From the human T2T-CHM13v2.0 reference genome, Homo sapiens, in NCBI RefSeq assembly GCF_009914755.1, contig NC_060929.1: a stretch of 64,000 bases of DNA; one strand, 5' to 3'. Positions 1-13,959 of the stretch are shown here, piece by piece. The notes beneath the pieces are model-generated. The model worked only from the letters and a program-made list of their open reading frames with translations. It was not told the origin of the DNA and did not search any database. The position numbers and the translations under genes are program-made. Every line of letters starts with the position of its first letter. The first letter of the stretch is position 1.

Positions 1-164
1 CAATCAGGGTTCATATTTATTTGTAGCTATTGAAGATAGTGGGTTTTATTTGAAGTTCACAATGTGCAATTTTCTGACTAGATGCTGAGCTCTTAATTTA
101 ATTGCTTTGAATTTTTGTCTGTCCCCATGATTGATAGATTGATAAAAGCAATAAATTGTGAAAC

Positions 165-315
165 AAGAGTCCTGGGATTCAATTGTGTTCATTGTGTTTA
201 ACTAGCTCTGTGCACTTGAGAAATTTCCTTGACTTCTCGGGTCCTGAAGCTCTTCACTAGCAAAGTGAATGAATGTATCTCAGAGGCTTATGAGGCTCTA
301 ACAGTTGGTGATTCA
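165..315 (+). mobile_element. MIR (ancient SINE) fragment
   Basis: CCTGGGATTCAA...TAACTAGCTCTGTGCACTTGAGAAATTTCCTTGACTTCTC resembles the MIR core consensus. Confidence 0.55.
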
Positions 316-3300
316 ATATATTACAAGAAAATCACAACGTCCTTATATTAGCCACAAATATATGTATTTTTGTTATTCTGAATACTAACGTTATTTAGTA
401 GAATAAATATAAGAAGTCAAAAAAACAAAACTACACAAGCAGTTAAGGCAATTTCAAAGCTATGTCTGTCTTCACTTTAAGTAGCTGAGCATAATCACTT
501 GGAAAACGTGGGGGCACTTTTCTCTAGATCTATAAAAGTAAACAAATGGTAAGAGATCTGAGCTATTGTGAATCTGAATCCTATCTATACCCAGAAAAGC
601 AATATGTAAGCAAAAGCGTGTGTACCATACACCTATCTCCCTTAAGAGTCTTCACATACTAGTTTAATTAAAGTAAACATTATTCTACTTTTACTCTATA
701 AATGCTTAGTGTACTGTTGAATCTTAATAAATATTTAATAATATTAAGAACCAACAGAGTGACAAAGTCATTTTCCTTTTATAGATACAGGCTTTTTAAC
801 TGAAGTAAAGAAACCTTATCTATTAAAGCCAAATGTTTTATAACTGAAGTATTCAGAACTCATAATCTTTACAAGACCTTCATAGCAGTATCTACATTAG
901 CATTTTAATGGGGCAGTACTTTTTTGGAACCAGTACCCTTGTTGAAATATGATGGTAGATTAACACAAAACAATCTACTGAGCTATGATGTGACACTTTT
1001 CAATAATATACATGAACTGCTCTAAAAATTTCCCAGAATAGACTTAATCCATTTCTGTTATTTAATTTTAATTTCTACTTAACTTTCCATTTGTCACTGC
1101 AGGAAAATTCCTTCAAAGCTCTTCTCTAACAGAACTAGTAAAGTTGACACATGTATAGTATATATGCTTATATGTAAGATCCCATATGTATGTAACTATT
1201 TTAATAAATCTGTACAGCCATTTTAACTAACATTTGAATTATGAGGAAGGAGCACTGAGGACTAAAATTAGATACGTTTTTGACAATGAGCTTCAAGCTT
1301 TCTACGGAAAACTAAAGTCATTGTTTTCTTTATTTTTATTTTATATTTATTACTTCAAATGTTATTCAAAACCTCCATCTTACTAAATTTCTTCATTAGC
1401 TATTTTAGTTAGTTGAAATTATATAAATATAATTTAAACCCTAGCTAGGGTTTCAGTTGCCTTTTGCGTATCATGTGTTCTCTGAAGTAGAAAAGCTTCC
1501 TTCATTAATCCAGACAGGGGAAGAGAAGGAAAGTCTGTGTGTATATGTATGTATATATGTTTGTGTATGTGTGTGTAAAATAAAGTGTGTCATTTTCCTT
1601 GAATCTCATACCCTTGAATTTTCCTCATAGACAGACATTGCTTCATTGCCTAACATGTAATTCTATGTCTTCAAAGGTTTTCAAATAACAGATTTTATAA
1701 TACTGAAATTTCTAAGGACTAAAGGGATTAACTCTGTGAGAGAATGGATAAGGCTAATTATTAAATTCATTTCTTTCCAATAAAAATACAAATACTCCTG
1801 AGTAGAAAGCATATAGGCATTTCAGTTGATCTACTTTTGAAGGATGGTAATTTCAAAACCATACTGTCCAAATAGTAGGCTAAGACAATCAATTTTTCTC
1901 CTGCAATTGCCGGAGTTTATATTTGTTTAGAGTAAAATGCATTCAGAATTGGTTTAGGTTGTCTGTTGGACACTAGATGAGAATTTTTAACTGTGTTCAG
2001 ATGAACTGAATGTAAATAAAAATGTAGGTTTAGTTTTTCTTATTATCTTTGATATCATTTACCTATCTCAGTAATATATCATGTGTAAGTTTATTTTTAG
2101 TTCAGTGTTTTTGAAAGCACAAAAGTGTTTCAATTCAGTGCACTGTGGAGAATTTTAGCATAGCATTAAGACCTATTGCAGTTCTATGCTCAGAATATCA
2201 AAGCAAAACTTCAATATTGCATCCTCCAAGATTATAACATACAATTACGTATAAAATGACTTGCTTTTGATTTTCGTTTTATAAGCACGTAATAACACTG
2301 ACGTCTACTCCCCACTTCAAAGATGGGACACTTGCTCAGTTGAGAAGAGCCAGTGTTAGACAACCCATGTAATTGAACAACACGAAATGATGATTCCTGG
2401 GCTGTTTAGGGATAAATTATTGTTAGTTAAGTAGGTTATACTAATTTATATTTTACACATTGACACAGAAGACTATATATTTTATGTGGTATCATAATTA
2501 TTTAGTTGTCTTGGGAACTGTACACAGATACATGATCAATGTGTACACACTTAATAACCTTAACAACTTACCTCAATTTAATAAATATTATGCCTAGCTA
2601 CCTGCAAATAAATTTTACAAAGGAGGAATCAGTTCATACAAAATTACAGCTCTGGCTTTTCATAACAAATCCATAAAAGACTAGGGAAAAACTCATATGG
2701 AGTAGAAATAATATATTTATCTGAACAAAAATAACCAAAATAACTTCATATTTAGCTATGATTTAACATAACTTGAATTTTTGCCAATGGCAGTCAAATA
2801 AAAATTCTATGTCCAGCCAGTTCTGCTGTTTTCTATATAATGACAGGTAAATGCCAAAACAGGGAATCCCCCTTGCCACTGTAAACAGAGAAGATATTGA
2901 TGATATTACACAAAATTTATCATTGTTTCCATGTTACTATCCAAAGCAGGATTAATTTGTAGCTCAGATTCAATCATGAAGTTATTACTGCAGCAATAAA
3001 TAGTTATATTAAATATATCACTCTCATTTTAATGAAAACAGGATATAGAGTGAACAATATGTTAAGTTCAGACCAGAAAAACACATAACAAGATTGCACA
3101 GTCCTAGGAGAAGTTGAGAAGATATAATTTTATCTTCCTAAAACCAATTAACTTTTCCTCTAGTCATACAAGAAGACTATTTCTAGATATCTCTTGCTTC
3201 TAATTGTGGCCTTGTTTAGATCAAAGAAATATGACATTTAAACATGTTCTTTGTAATGTCTTGAATTTTTTGCATAATATATTGGTCTCAGTCTTCACAA

Positions 3301-3488
3301 ATGAATTCAAAGAATTATGATATTGTAATGCCATACAATGGAAGAGGCCTGATAACTGTTTCATAACCTCAGTTATGTGGGTTTCAAGAGCTAGATGGAC
3401 AAGTTAGTTACTTTGTGTGCCTTTATTTCTTCTCCTTTCCAGGAAGGGGATTGTATTCTAGTTATAGTTTTCCTATTGTATATTTGGG

Positions 3489-3520
3489 GTGTGTGTGTGT
3501 GTGTGGGTGTGGGTGGGTGA
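3489..3520. repeat. (GT)n / (GGGT)n microsatellite
   Basis: gtgtgtgtgtgtgtgtgggtgtgggtgggtga seen directly. Confidence 0.85.
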
Positions 3521-3559
3521 GTGCACATGCACTAACTTGTCTATAATAGCTGGTAGGTC

Positions 3560-3855
3560 CCCTTTCTGAAAAGCTAGACATGATGGAGAAAACAGTGGAT
3601 AAACTAGAGATTCTGCACTTACTCTGTGTGGAAACTGGATGATGGAACTCCCTGTTGTCACTCTTGGGGCAAGAGTGAAGATTTTCTATGTATGAGAAGA
3701 ATATGAAATGCCATGTTTGGTAACTAAACTGGAAAAGCTGCCCAGGAGAATCACCTGATCAGCATCACACTATGATGTTGGCAAGAAATTAATTTAAGGC
3801 ACTGAACTTGTGGGGATTTTGTTAGAGCAATTACCATAAATTCTCCCTATTAACT
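3560..3855 (+). mobile_element. Old MLT1-type MaLR LTR remnant (3' part)
   Basis: AAGAAATTAATTTAAGGCACTGAACTTGTGGGGATTTTGTTAGAGCA resembles the MLT1 3' terminus; boundaries approximate. Confidence 0.4.
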
Positions 3856-4192
3856 CACCCACACAAAATACTGATGATAGTACTTTAAAAACGTGTTTAG
3901 AACCAAATAGCCCATGGTTGAAAAAGTATGGCTGAAAAAATTTGTCATTATTATACATTTTGAATATTTAGAGACTTAGAATTCTCTGTACATAGTAACA
4001 TGGATCCTAATTGAAGGGTATGGTCAGCCAAGAGCATGATGATGTGGACACGAGTAGCCTGCATTTGACACAATAGGATTAGTGACAGAGGAAGTGAAAT
4101 TCAAAACAAAGAGAATGTAAAGAGCAGGGTTTTTTAATGTGATAGGAGAAAATTAGAAAGAAATATTGAAACCCATAGTGTATCATGGGTAA

Positions 4193-4499
<307 letters not shown>

Positions 4500-4845
4500 C
4501 TAAACAGGGCACTTCAGGGATATAAGCCCAAAACTAATACTATGCTGGCTTCTTGAAGATAAGATAAAGTGCATTTTTTGCCTTAGGAAAAGAAGCACAT
4601 CATTTCAAATAACACGGATTATTGATTAATAGTTCAGGTACACATTAACTTTTTTTATTCCATGAAGAGAGTTTACATAAACTATCCTGATAAAAACTGA
4701 ATTTTATATTTATTTTACCATTAATCTAAATGAAACTTGATAATTAGTTACTTAGATGTATATCATACATCTAAAATAAAATGATTTATTTTACTGCATC
4801 ATGCATATTTCAAGCATAGATGTTATGTTAAGAATAAAACCGCTA

Positions 4846-5147
4846 TTTTTTTTTTTTTTTCTTGAGACGGAATCTCGCTCTGTCACCAGGCTGGAGTGCA
4901 GTGGCACAATCTTGACTCACTGCAACCTCCGTCTCCCAAGTTAAAGCGATTCTCCTGCCCCCACCTCCCGAGTAGTAGCTGGAACTACAGGCACCCGGCC
5001 ACCACGCCCAGCTAATTTTTGTGTTTTTAGTAGAGACGGGGTTTCACCATGTTGTCCAGGATGGTCTGGATCTCTTGACCTCGTGATCCCCCCCTCTCGG
5101 CCTCCCAAAGTGCTGGGATTACAGGCGTGAGCCAACGCGCCCAGTCC
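4846..5147 (-). mobile_element. Full-length Alu (AluSc-like)
   Basis: Both monomers and poly(T); TSD AAACCGCTATTTTT (4837) / AAACCACTATTTTT (5148); CTCTTGACCTCGTGATCC is AluSc-like. Confidence 0.95.
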
Positions 5148-6192
5148 AAACCACTATTTTTAAAGTTGGTCCTCTTCATTTGGTTGATGTTTATACGTAG
5201 GTTGATGAAAGAAAAAGTGCACAAACTTTGAATCTAAATATTTTCCATGTTTAAACACTTCTTATTTTTTCCTTATATGTATTACAATAAGCCAATTAAA
5301 TAAAATCTTGATGGCTTGATACTCTTCGCCTAAATCATTCTAGATTAAATTACAGAAACTAGAATTTTGGAACAAGATGTTATGCACCTCATCTACATGG
5401 AAAGCACATGTTTCTCTGATTCTCATTTAATAATCTCTAAATAGATTTTTAAAGATTTTTGAGTCTGTTGTATAAACAATATCCTAATACTAAATTTATC
5501 TCTTGAAGAGCTTTCAAAAATTTATTGAATCCTCCCAAATTTTATTGGGCTTATTAGGAATATTTTGGCTTCATTTCTTCTTTTACATTAATTACTCCTA
5601 GAGTTGCAACCTTACCTGATATTAGGAGACTAGAATCATAAATTATTAATTCAGCATTACCAAATGATGTTTGTCTTATTACTTGCCTTGTTTTCTTTAC
5701 ATTATAAGATTATGATTTGCAACTACATTTATAGGCCGTATTTGATCCCCAAATAAGAAAAATAAAACAATATTTTTATGGATTGACTAAGCTTCAGGTC
5801 TTTTGCTGGGGGAAGGAAGACGTAGATATAAATGAAACACACAAGTATTTTCCCCTAATGGCATTTGGAATCAATTAGAACAGATACATGTTGAGTGTGG
5901 ATGGAACATGGGAGTAATCAACCATTTCCAGATAACAATTAGTTTAGGAGAACAGCCTTGAAGCCAAAACACACATCTTAGCCGTCTTCCCAAGGTTTCC
6001 TATTCTTTAATCATTTCTTTTAAAAATAGTGCTCTCTTCTTTCTCATTTATTACACTCTAGAAATCTCCTTCCTTTCCCTACCCCTCATGATCACCTGGG
6101 ACCTGGGTAAACTTTTTTTTTTTTTTTTTTTTTGGTTTTTCTCAATATACTACTCTTCCTTTGGCCTTTTCAGAATGATTTTTTTTCAGAAT

Positions 6193-6517
<325 letters not shown>

Positions 6518-7100
6518 CAGGATGATATATTTGCCTTTTAAAATCAAAAAGTTTTATATGTATCTACTTCCTAAATAAAAGTATATTGAAATAATTTTAA
6601 TAAAGAAAGCAAAAACTTATTTTCAGAGGTAACCAACTTCAACTTTGTAACAGTTTTCTTTGGTTTAAATCTATGTATAATATCAAAAAAATTAGTTAAG
6701 GTAAGATTCCAGTTTACAAAAATTGACTCCGAGAATAAATGAGAACAGTAGACCATATTAAGTAAGAGACCTTGTCTCTTACTAAGCCTTCCTCTTCTTT
6801 ATAGGTGATGAATTCTGTGGGGTTTTAGTGGCTATTTGGCTTCACTTACTTGGATGAAAGATATGGTCTTAGAATTGGGTCAAGTTCATTTCTATTTAGT
6901 CACAAAAACATAAGTAATTGCCAATATCAGATTTAGGACTCAGATTGACAAAATGGAGGCTACGAATGTTGGTTACTTGAGTAATTTTAACTAGCAAATA
7001 ATACATCGTAAGACACTTAAATTTTACCTTGAAAATGAACTGAATCATCCCTCAAGTCATTTTGCATAAATAAAGCTCATATTAATGTAGCTTTCCCAAT

Positions 7101-8140
7101 TGCAGCAATAGCAAAAATTGACAAATGAGATCTAATTAAACCAAACAGCTTTGGCACAGCAAAAGAAACTCTCATCAGAGTGAACAGACAACGTACAGAA
7201 TGGGAGGAAATTTTTGCAGTCTATCCATCTGAAAGATTTAATATCCAGATTCTACATGGAACTTAGAGAATTTGCAGGACAAAAACAAACAACCCCATTA
7301 AAGTGGGTAAAGGGCACGAACAGACACTTCTCTAAAGAAGGTATTTATGCAGCCAACAAACATATGAAAAAAGCACAACGTCACTGGTCATTAGGGAAAT
7401 GCAAATCAAAACCACAGTGAGATACCATCTCATGCCAGTCATAATGGCAATTATTAAAAAGTCAAGAAACAACAGATACTGGTGAGCTTGTGGAGAAACA
7501 GGAATGCTTTTACACTGTCAGTCGGTATGTAAATTAGTTCAACCATTGTGGAAGAGAGTGTGGCATTTCCTCAAAGACCATGAACCAGAAATACCACTTG
7601 ACCCAGCAGTCCCATTACTAGGTATATACCCAAAGGAACATAAATATTTCTATTGTAAAGATACATGCATGCACATGTTTATTGTATCACTATTCACAAT
7701 TGTAAAAACATAGAATCAACCCAAATGCCCATCAATGATAGAGTGGATAAAGAAAATGTGGTACATATACACCATGGAATACTATGAAGCCATAAAAAGG
7801 AATGAGATCATGTCCTTTTCAGGGACATGGATGGAGCTGGAAGCCATTATCCTCAGCAAACTAACACAGGAACAGAATACCAAACACCACGTGTTCTCAC
7901 TTGTAAGGAGAACAGAAGAATAAGAACACATGGACACAGAGAGGAGAACCACACCCATTGAGGCCTGTTGGAGAACGGGTAGGGAGAGCATTAGGCTAAA
8001 TAGCTAATGCAAGCAGGGCTTAATACGTAGGTGATGGGTTGACAGGTGCAGCAAACCACCATGCCACACATTCACCCATGTAACAAGCATACATATCTTG
8101 CACTTGTATTCTGGAACTTAAAATTAAATTAAATTTTAAA
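7101..8140 (+). mobile_element. 5'-truncated L1PA (older L1PA13-16-like): ORF2 C-terminus plus 3' UTR
   Basis: ORF fragments 7504-7713 and 7735-7923 (WKRVWHFLKD..EIPLDPAVPLLGIYPK; WIKKMWYIYTMEYY) are L1 ORF2 C-terminal; typical L1PA 3' UTR ending GAACTTAAAATTAAA. Confidence 0.93.
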
Positions 8141-8141
8141 A

Positions 8142-8227
8142 ATCACATTTACCCTAAAAATATATATAGATACCTATTTATGTACCCCAAATTAGCAATA
8201 AAACATTTTAAATTTTTTTGAAAAAAA
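8142..8227 (+). mobile_element. Short L1MA-type 3' terminal stub with A-rich tail
   Basis: CACATTTACCCTAAAAATATATATAGATACCTATTTATGTACCCC resembles the reverse complement of the L1MA 3' end at 60080-60145. Confidence 0.55.
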
Positions 8228-10179
8228 TTAGCTTTTCATAAAAATAGAAAAATAAAATGAACATACCAAGTTAATATCCTACACAGAAACTGATTCAAGA
8301 TTATATTTTAATAATTATTTTATAAACACTAGGAAATAGATCCTGCCCGGTAACCTTAACTTATTAGCCTAATTATAAATTGTATCTACCAAATATGACT
8401 TATTAAAAAAATTATAAACACAAATTTCTTTCCTTTTTCAAGATGACAATACTGTTTTGTATTGTTCATTTTCACGTTTTTGTTTGTTATATTATTTTGT
8501 TATTTCACTAATGCATAGTATATTTTATTAGTCTCTCACTTTCTGTAAAGACAATTTTTGTCTAGTCGATTGTAAATTTCTTGGCGTGATGGAACCCCCC
8601 AAAATTCAATTTTCTTTCCCCACCGTGTGACTTGCTTAGGGCTATTATCGCAGTAGATGTTTATAGAATACAGATAGGTCATAGAGAAAAATACACTTGG
8701 TTATTGAGTAGTTCACTCAAATCCTAAATTTTTATCATTATTGAATATATTAAAACATTGATAATTTGCACCATTAATCATTCCAGGCACTACTTCCAGT
8801 AAAAGCATTCATTGCTTCCTAGAGTAGAACTCTTCAGCAGATGAGATGTGGTAAGCGAACTCCAACTGGATTGTTCTTGACAAAGACACAACATTCTGCC
8901 GTGGCAGATATGCAACTTGATTATTTCCCACACCAGGACCTTTCTGGTAAGCTAAAGTATGATATCTCATGCTCGTTATTGCTTGACAATTGCACAGAAG
9001 GTTAAGTGGCAAAAAGAAGATTAGTGTTTTTGGACATCGGCTGTATATCATCAGCAATATTTCTGACAAAAAGTCATTAGTTTGCCAAAAAGTGTAATGA
9101 AATCATGATTAATAAATGCATCTCAAAGGTCTACATTAAAGTCAAGGCATTTGGGTGATAAATGTAAACATGCCGACCCTTCTTTGCCAAAAGCTGTGTG
9201 TTTCACTTACATGGCTCCACTGATCTGTCCATTATTCTAATACATAATTTATCACATCAAGGGGGGTCATTCTTTATGTGTGTTATATAGACAGGGAGTT
9301 CTAAACAGGAAAATATTTAGGAGAGCTATCAGATTTTCAAAGTACTGAAATTCTTTTTTCATTATTTGCAAAATAATGCAATGAGATTTGAAAACATCAA
9401 CAAAAACAGCACTTACGAACAAGCAAAACAAAACAAAAATCTCACATCTTATGAAATGAATTTACTTGAGATCATTTTGACACATTCCTTCCTCAGGTAG
9501 CATTTCCATTGCCCTCATTGTTGTTATTCTTCGTGAGAAGTCCACATGTTGTTAAACTCAAAGCAGTCAGAAGTGGGATGGTGTTCCAATCCCATCAAAT
9601 GAAAATTGTGTGGCTATATTGCTTGAACTGTAAACAGCAGTATGCACCATTACATAAAAGCTCATGGAATTAAATTATAGATTTGGCATTCTTCTATTTA
9701 AAATGTGAGCCATTGAATAGTATAACGTATTTAATTTCAAATCATTCACTCCTGGATGCAGTCATCTGTATGACTCAATTCTACTGCTATATGTTGATGT
9801 AATCTATAACTCAGTATATATATTAACAGTTCCCATGAATATCTCATAAGGAAAAATGCATACTTTCATTGAAGATAAAAACTGTAGTGATGAATGGGAT
9901 ATTCCTCTGAGTGTTTGATATGTAATTGATTTTTGGAAAGCAAAGAATTTGAATATAACCTTCAGATAAACAGAGAAGGCAGTACTACAGAAATGCCTTT
10001 ACATTTTTAGAGTTATAGACAGAACAGATGACTGAGAATACTGATTAATTGATAGTACCAAATTTTGTGCCGCCACAGTGCACAATCGCTTAACTACATT
10101 TTATCCTTCTCATCAGTAGAATAATAATAATTTAAAAATATTTAAAGCTTTCTCAAAAATTTGTGAAAAATGCACTTAG

Positions 10180-10350
10180 GGCATTCCAATTCCAATTACA
10201 ACTTTAAAAGTATATTTCCTGTCATGAATCAGTTAATCTCTTTCCATTTTATCTGCAGAAATAATGGGCCCCTTTAAAGAATCAACTGTTTGACACTGTT
10301 TTCTCAAAGATATTGTAAAAATTAAGTAATTGGAAATTGCATGTATTCAT
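10180..10350 (+). mobile_element. MIR fragment
   Basis: CAGTTAATCTCTTTCCATTTTATCTGCAGAAATAATGGG...AGATATTGTAAAAATTAAGT resembles MIR core and 3' part. Confidence 0.4.
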
Positions 10351-11281
10351 TTGAGAATAATGTATAATTTAGGTAAGTAAGTACAGCTCTCAAAAATTAT
10401 ACCATGAGATATTACCTTGCAGGTTTACACTCATAAGATTTTGTTTTATATCTTTGAGTAGCACTGTAATCAAAAGATTACAATTGAGCAACACTCACAA
10501 CATCAGTTTGAACACTTTTTTAATCCAAAAAGTGGTTCTATATTACATTCCCAAAACTTCTTCATTGACTTAAAGGCTGCACTTAGTAAATGTAGTCACT
10601 ATTTTGGCTTCAGGGAGACATAAGTTAATCTGGAAGCTTCTAAAACTGATTTATAAATTATATCTTAATAACTAAAATTGTTTTTTACTTTGGTTAAGTG
10701 TTTTTCATTGCAACTGTATGACTAAATTCCAATGGATCCTACAACTCATAATTTACTAGGGATTATCAATGCAGAAAAAGAAAATTCTGAATATTTCAAG
10801 TGTTTTAATTTAGTATACATAAAAAATACCTTTCTTTATTTGCATCTATGGATAGTATCCATCTAGCTTTTCAATTCAAATAATTGGTATCTCTCCTGCT
10901 CTTTTGGCCCAAACCACTTGTGCTCTCTTTCTGGCCTGTAGTGTTAAAACACCTGAGTTTCTGAGAAAAGCTCTTTGATCCTTCACATAAGTATTTTTTG
11001 ACTGAGCCTCTAGATGATTACATAAATTCTTTCATGGTGAGACAGAAATTGACTCATTTTACCTGCAGCTTTGTCCATAATATTCATTGAATTTTAAGTA
11101 GCAAAAAGTCAATTTGATATCACCAGAATGTACATCTTTAAAAATATTCTAATTTTTAAAAATAGTCACCTATTTTTAATCAACAAATATTTTCCACTAG
11201 AATCAATCACATTATTATTTGAGAAAGTATATCTGAGTAGATCAAAGGTTAACCTATATTCAAGATATTCATGTCATTAAT

Positions 11282-11460
11282 GACAGCATGGTAGAGTAGA
11301 AAGAGTGCCTTGAGATGTCACATTCTTAGGTTAAAGTTTTGTCTTGCTCCTTAACTAGGTAGCCTTGAGTAATGACCTCTCTCTAAACTCTAGTAACCTA
11401 CAAAGTAAGAGGTTTTTTTTTTTACCATCTTATCTCTAAAATACTTTTTAGAATTTGCCT
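11282..11460 (+). mobile_element. MIR fragment
   Basis: GCATGGTAGAGTAGAAAGAGTG...TAACTAGGTAGCCTTGAGTAATGACCTCTCT resembles MIR tRNA-derived head and core. Confidence 0.55.
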
Positions 11461-12045
11461 TTTATTTACTACAATAGAATTTTAGTATGTTAACTAAAAT
11501 ACGATTTTGAAAACAAATATAACAAATTAAAGACTAGAAATAGTTTTCTCTTTATACTTACTAAGCTAACAATAAACCGGAAAATAATGAGGACAGTTGA
11601 TCAAATAAATTATTGATTTTTTTCTCCAATTAACGTTAGGTAGATTCTGTTCATCCACTCTCCTAAATGAATATGAGTATGAATTCCCAGAGGTATTTTT
11701 AATAAGATTTAAGGGAAAGGTTTCTATATCATTACACTAACAGGATTTACATTAGTTGACAGCTACAACACATAAGTTAAATAAAACTTTATTGATATGT
11801 TAAAATATGCGATTTATGCAAAGTACAACAAACAACGGATTTTTTAGAAAGAAAAAAATAATAAATATTTGCTCTGAACCAAATATTTGTATTTACTAGA
11901 AAAATATTCTTGTCTGATTTTTATTTAATTTTTGAATGTATGCTTTGTAACAGCAGTAAGCAAATGAATTAAATGTCAAAATTCAGTCATTGTAAAATAG
12001 GTGCTAATATATATATAATATGTATATATATCTAAAATAGAGTGT

Positions 12046-12235
12046 CTGCATGGATAGTTAAGAGCTTAAGAAGAAAACTAAAGAGAATATGAGAAGACCT
12101 GAGTACTAATCCTGAGTCTGTTATTAATAAACAGTTTTTTTATGTAAATTATATGTTCCTTTTCTCCACTTTTGGTTGCCTTATTATTAAAAATAATGTT
12201 TCCAAAGTCCCCTGCAAACTATAAAGTACATAATA
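12046..12235 (+). mobile_element. MIR fragment
   Basis: GCATGGATAGTTAAGAGC...AGAAGACCTGAGTACTAATCCTGAGTCTG. Confidence 0.45.
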
Positions 12236-13959
12236 GTTGAAAACTGAGGAGAATCCAATTGCCAAGTAAGAGTAATTTACATAGAAAATAGCTTAACACA
12301 GAAAGCATTTTGTTCACTAAATGTCCATGTATTAGTTGCTGTCTCCTTTTGCTTTTCAGCAATTTAGTCAAACATTATTCATGCTTTTATGTTAAATGTT
12401 ATTATCAGCACATTTTACAAAGCAACACAAAACAACCCTAGCAACACTCTTCAGTGAAATGCTCGTGAAAGAAAATCAGTAGTCTTCATTTCTCGTAGAC
12501 CCATAAAATAATGTACTTCACACATTCAATGAAACACTTTTCTATTGAGCTCAATAAGCTATCAGATTGCTAAGAGTTTTCTTGAGTTAAAATCAAGAAA
12601 AGCACATGGCTACAGTTCAAGAAAATGCATTTATAACAAAAGAGGAAAAGTCTTTTGACACTGGCAATTGTTATACTATAAAACCAAAGGCCAGCCTTCT
12701 GCACATCAGCTGAGAATGAGATGGTAAAAGTGGCAAGCTTTACCATTAAGTAGCAGACTCATCAATTGACAAAAGAAATAGAGGCTATGTGGTTGATAGC
12801 TCTTGTATTGCAGCTGATACACTTTGGATGAGTGATGCAGAAAGAGTCAACTGTCCTCCCTAGAATATGAGGAGCCAAATATAGGTAGAGATGAGATGGT
12901 GAGTAATTTGACATATGTGAATTATCATTTACATATGACATATCTTTTTCCTTACAAAGCCATGACGTGGATAACTGTTAGTCTGTAAATCTTCTATTCA
13001 AATAAAACCAGTTCCATAATCTGTAACAGTTTTCGAAACATTTCAAGTTATACATCACCTAACTTGAAATTTAGAAAGAAAATAAAATGACTACCATTCT
13101 TAAATGAACATAGACATGTAGGTATTTATAATCTTTTCGAGTAAATTCATATATAAAATGTGTACCATATACGTATATACACATATATAATAAATTATAC
13201 ATATACATGCAATTGAAGGTTTTTTATTACCTCATGAGTATAAGGTCTTTGTTTTTTGCTCAAAAATTAGTGATGGTTTCTTCAGGGGACCAAAGAACAG
13301 GAAAGAGTATAATGCTGATTTTATCCATATTAAAATCTTGTTTATCAATTATCTTAAAGCTAAATTAGAAAAAGGGATGTAAATGTCAAAAGTATAACAG
13401 CGAATTGGTTATATTATAAAAGAAACACCCACTCTTTAACAGTAATACCACTGAAATGTTCATGAAACAGATAAAGTGGTGTTCCTTTATAATTTTCTGC
13501 AATGTGCCCTACTTGTCAATCATTGACAAAAAAAAGGGCGTATGAATGTGCCAATCACTACAGCACTGACATTTTCAGAGCTACATTAAAAAATTTCCTC
13601 ACATAATCACAGACACTAAGTTTGTGAATAACTATATTGGTTATATCATTATCTGCTCATTACTACCATATATTATATTTTATATATGGACTCTTTCATA
13701 CTTGCAAAACAAACCAAAAGTTTTCAAAAGTATGACCACAATAGGGGTTATTGCAATATTTATATTGAAGGTATAGGGAGAAATGCCTAACATAGGTGAA
13801 ATTCACCTTGTTTTAGTATGGTATTGGTCTTCTTTGACAATGTTTTGAGTATTGAGGCTTGTTGTTTTCGAATTAGGTAAATTGAAGCAACAATGACATT
13901 TTATGATAAAGAAAGCAAGATGCAATGTAAGAAAAATAATTTATTTACATGTGCATCAT

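Noticed and set aside
2385-2430. ATGATGA C-box-like motif suggesting a C/D snoRNA
   Set aside because: No CTGA D box at a suitable distance and no terminal stem
2862-2871. NF-kB consensus GGGAATCCCC
   Set aside because: Single isolated 10-mer, expected by chance, with no supporting context
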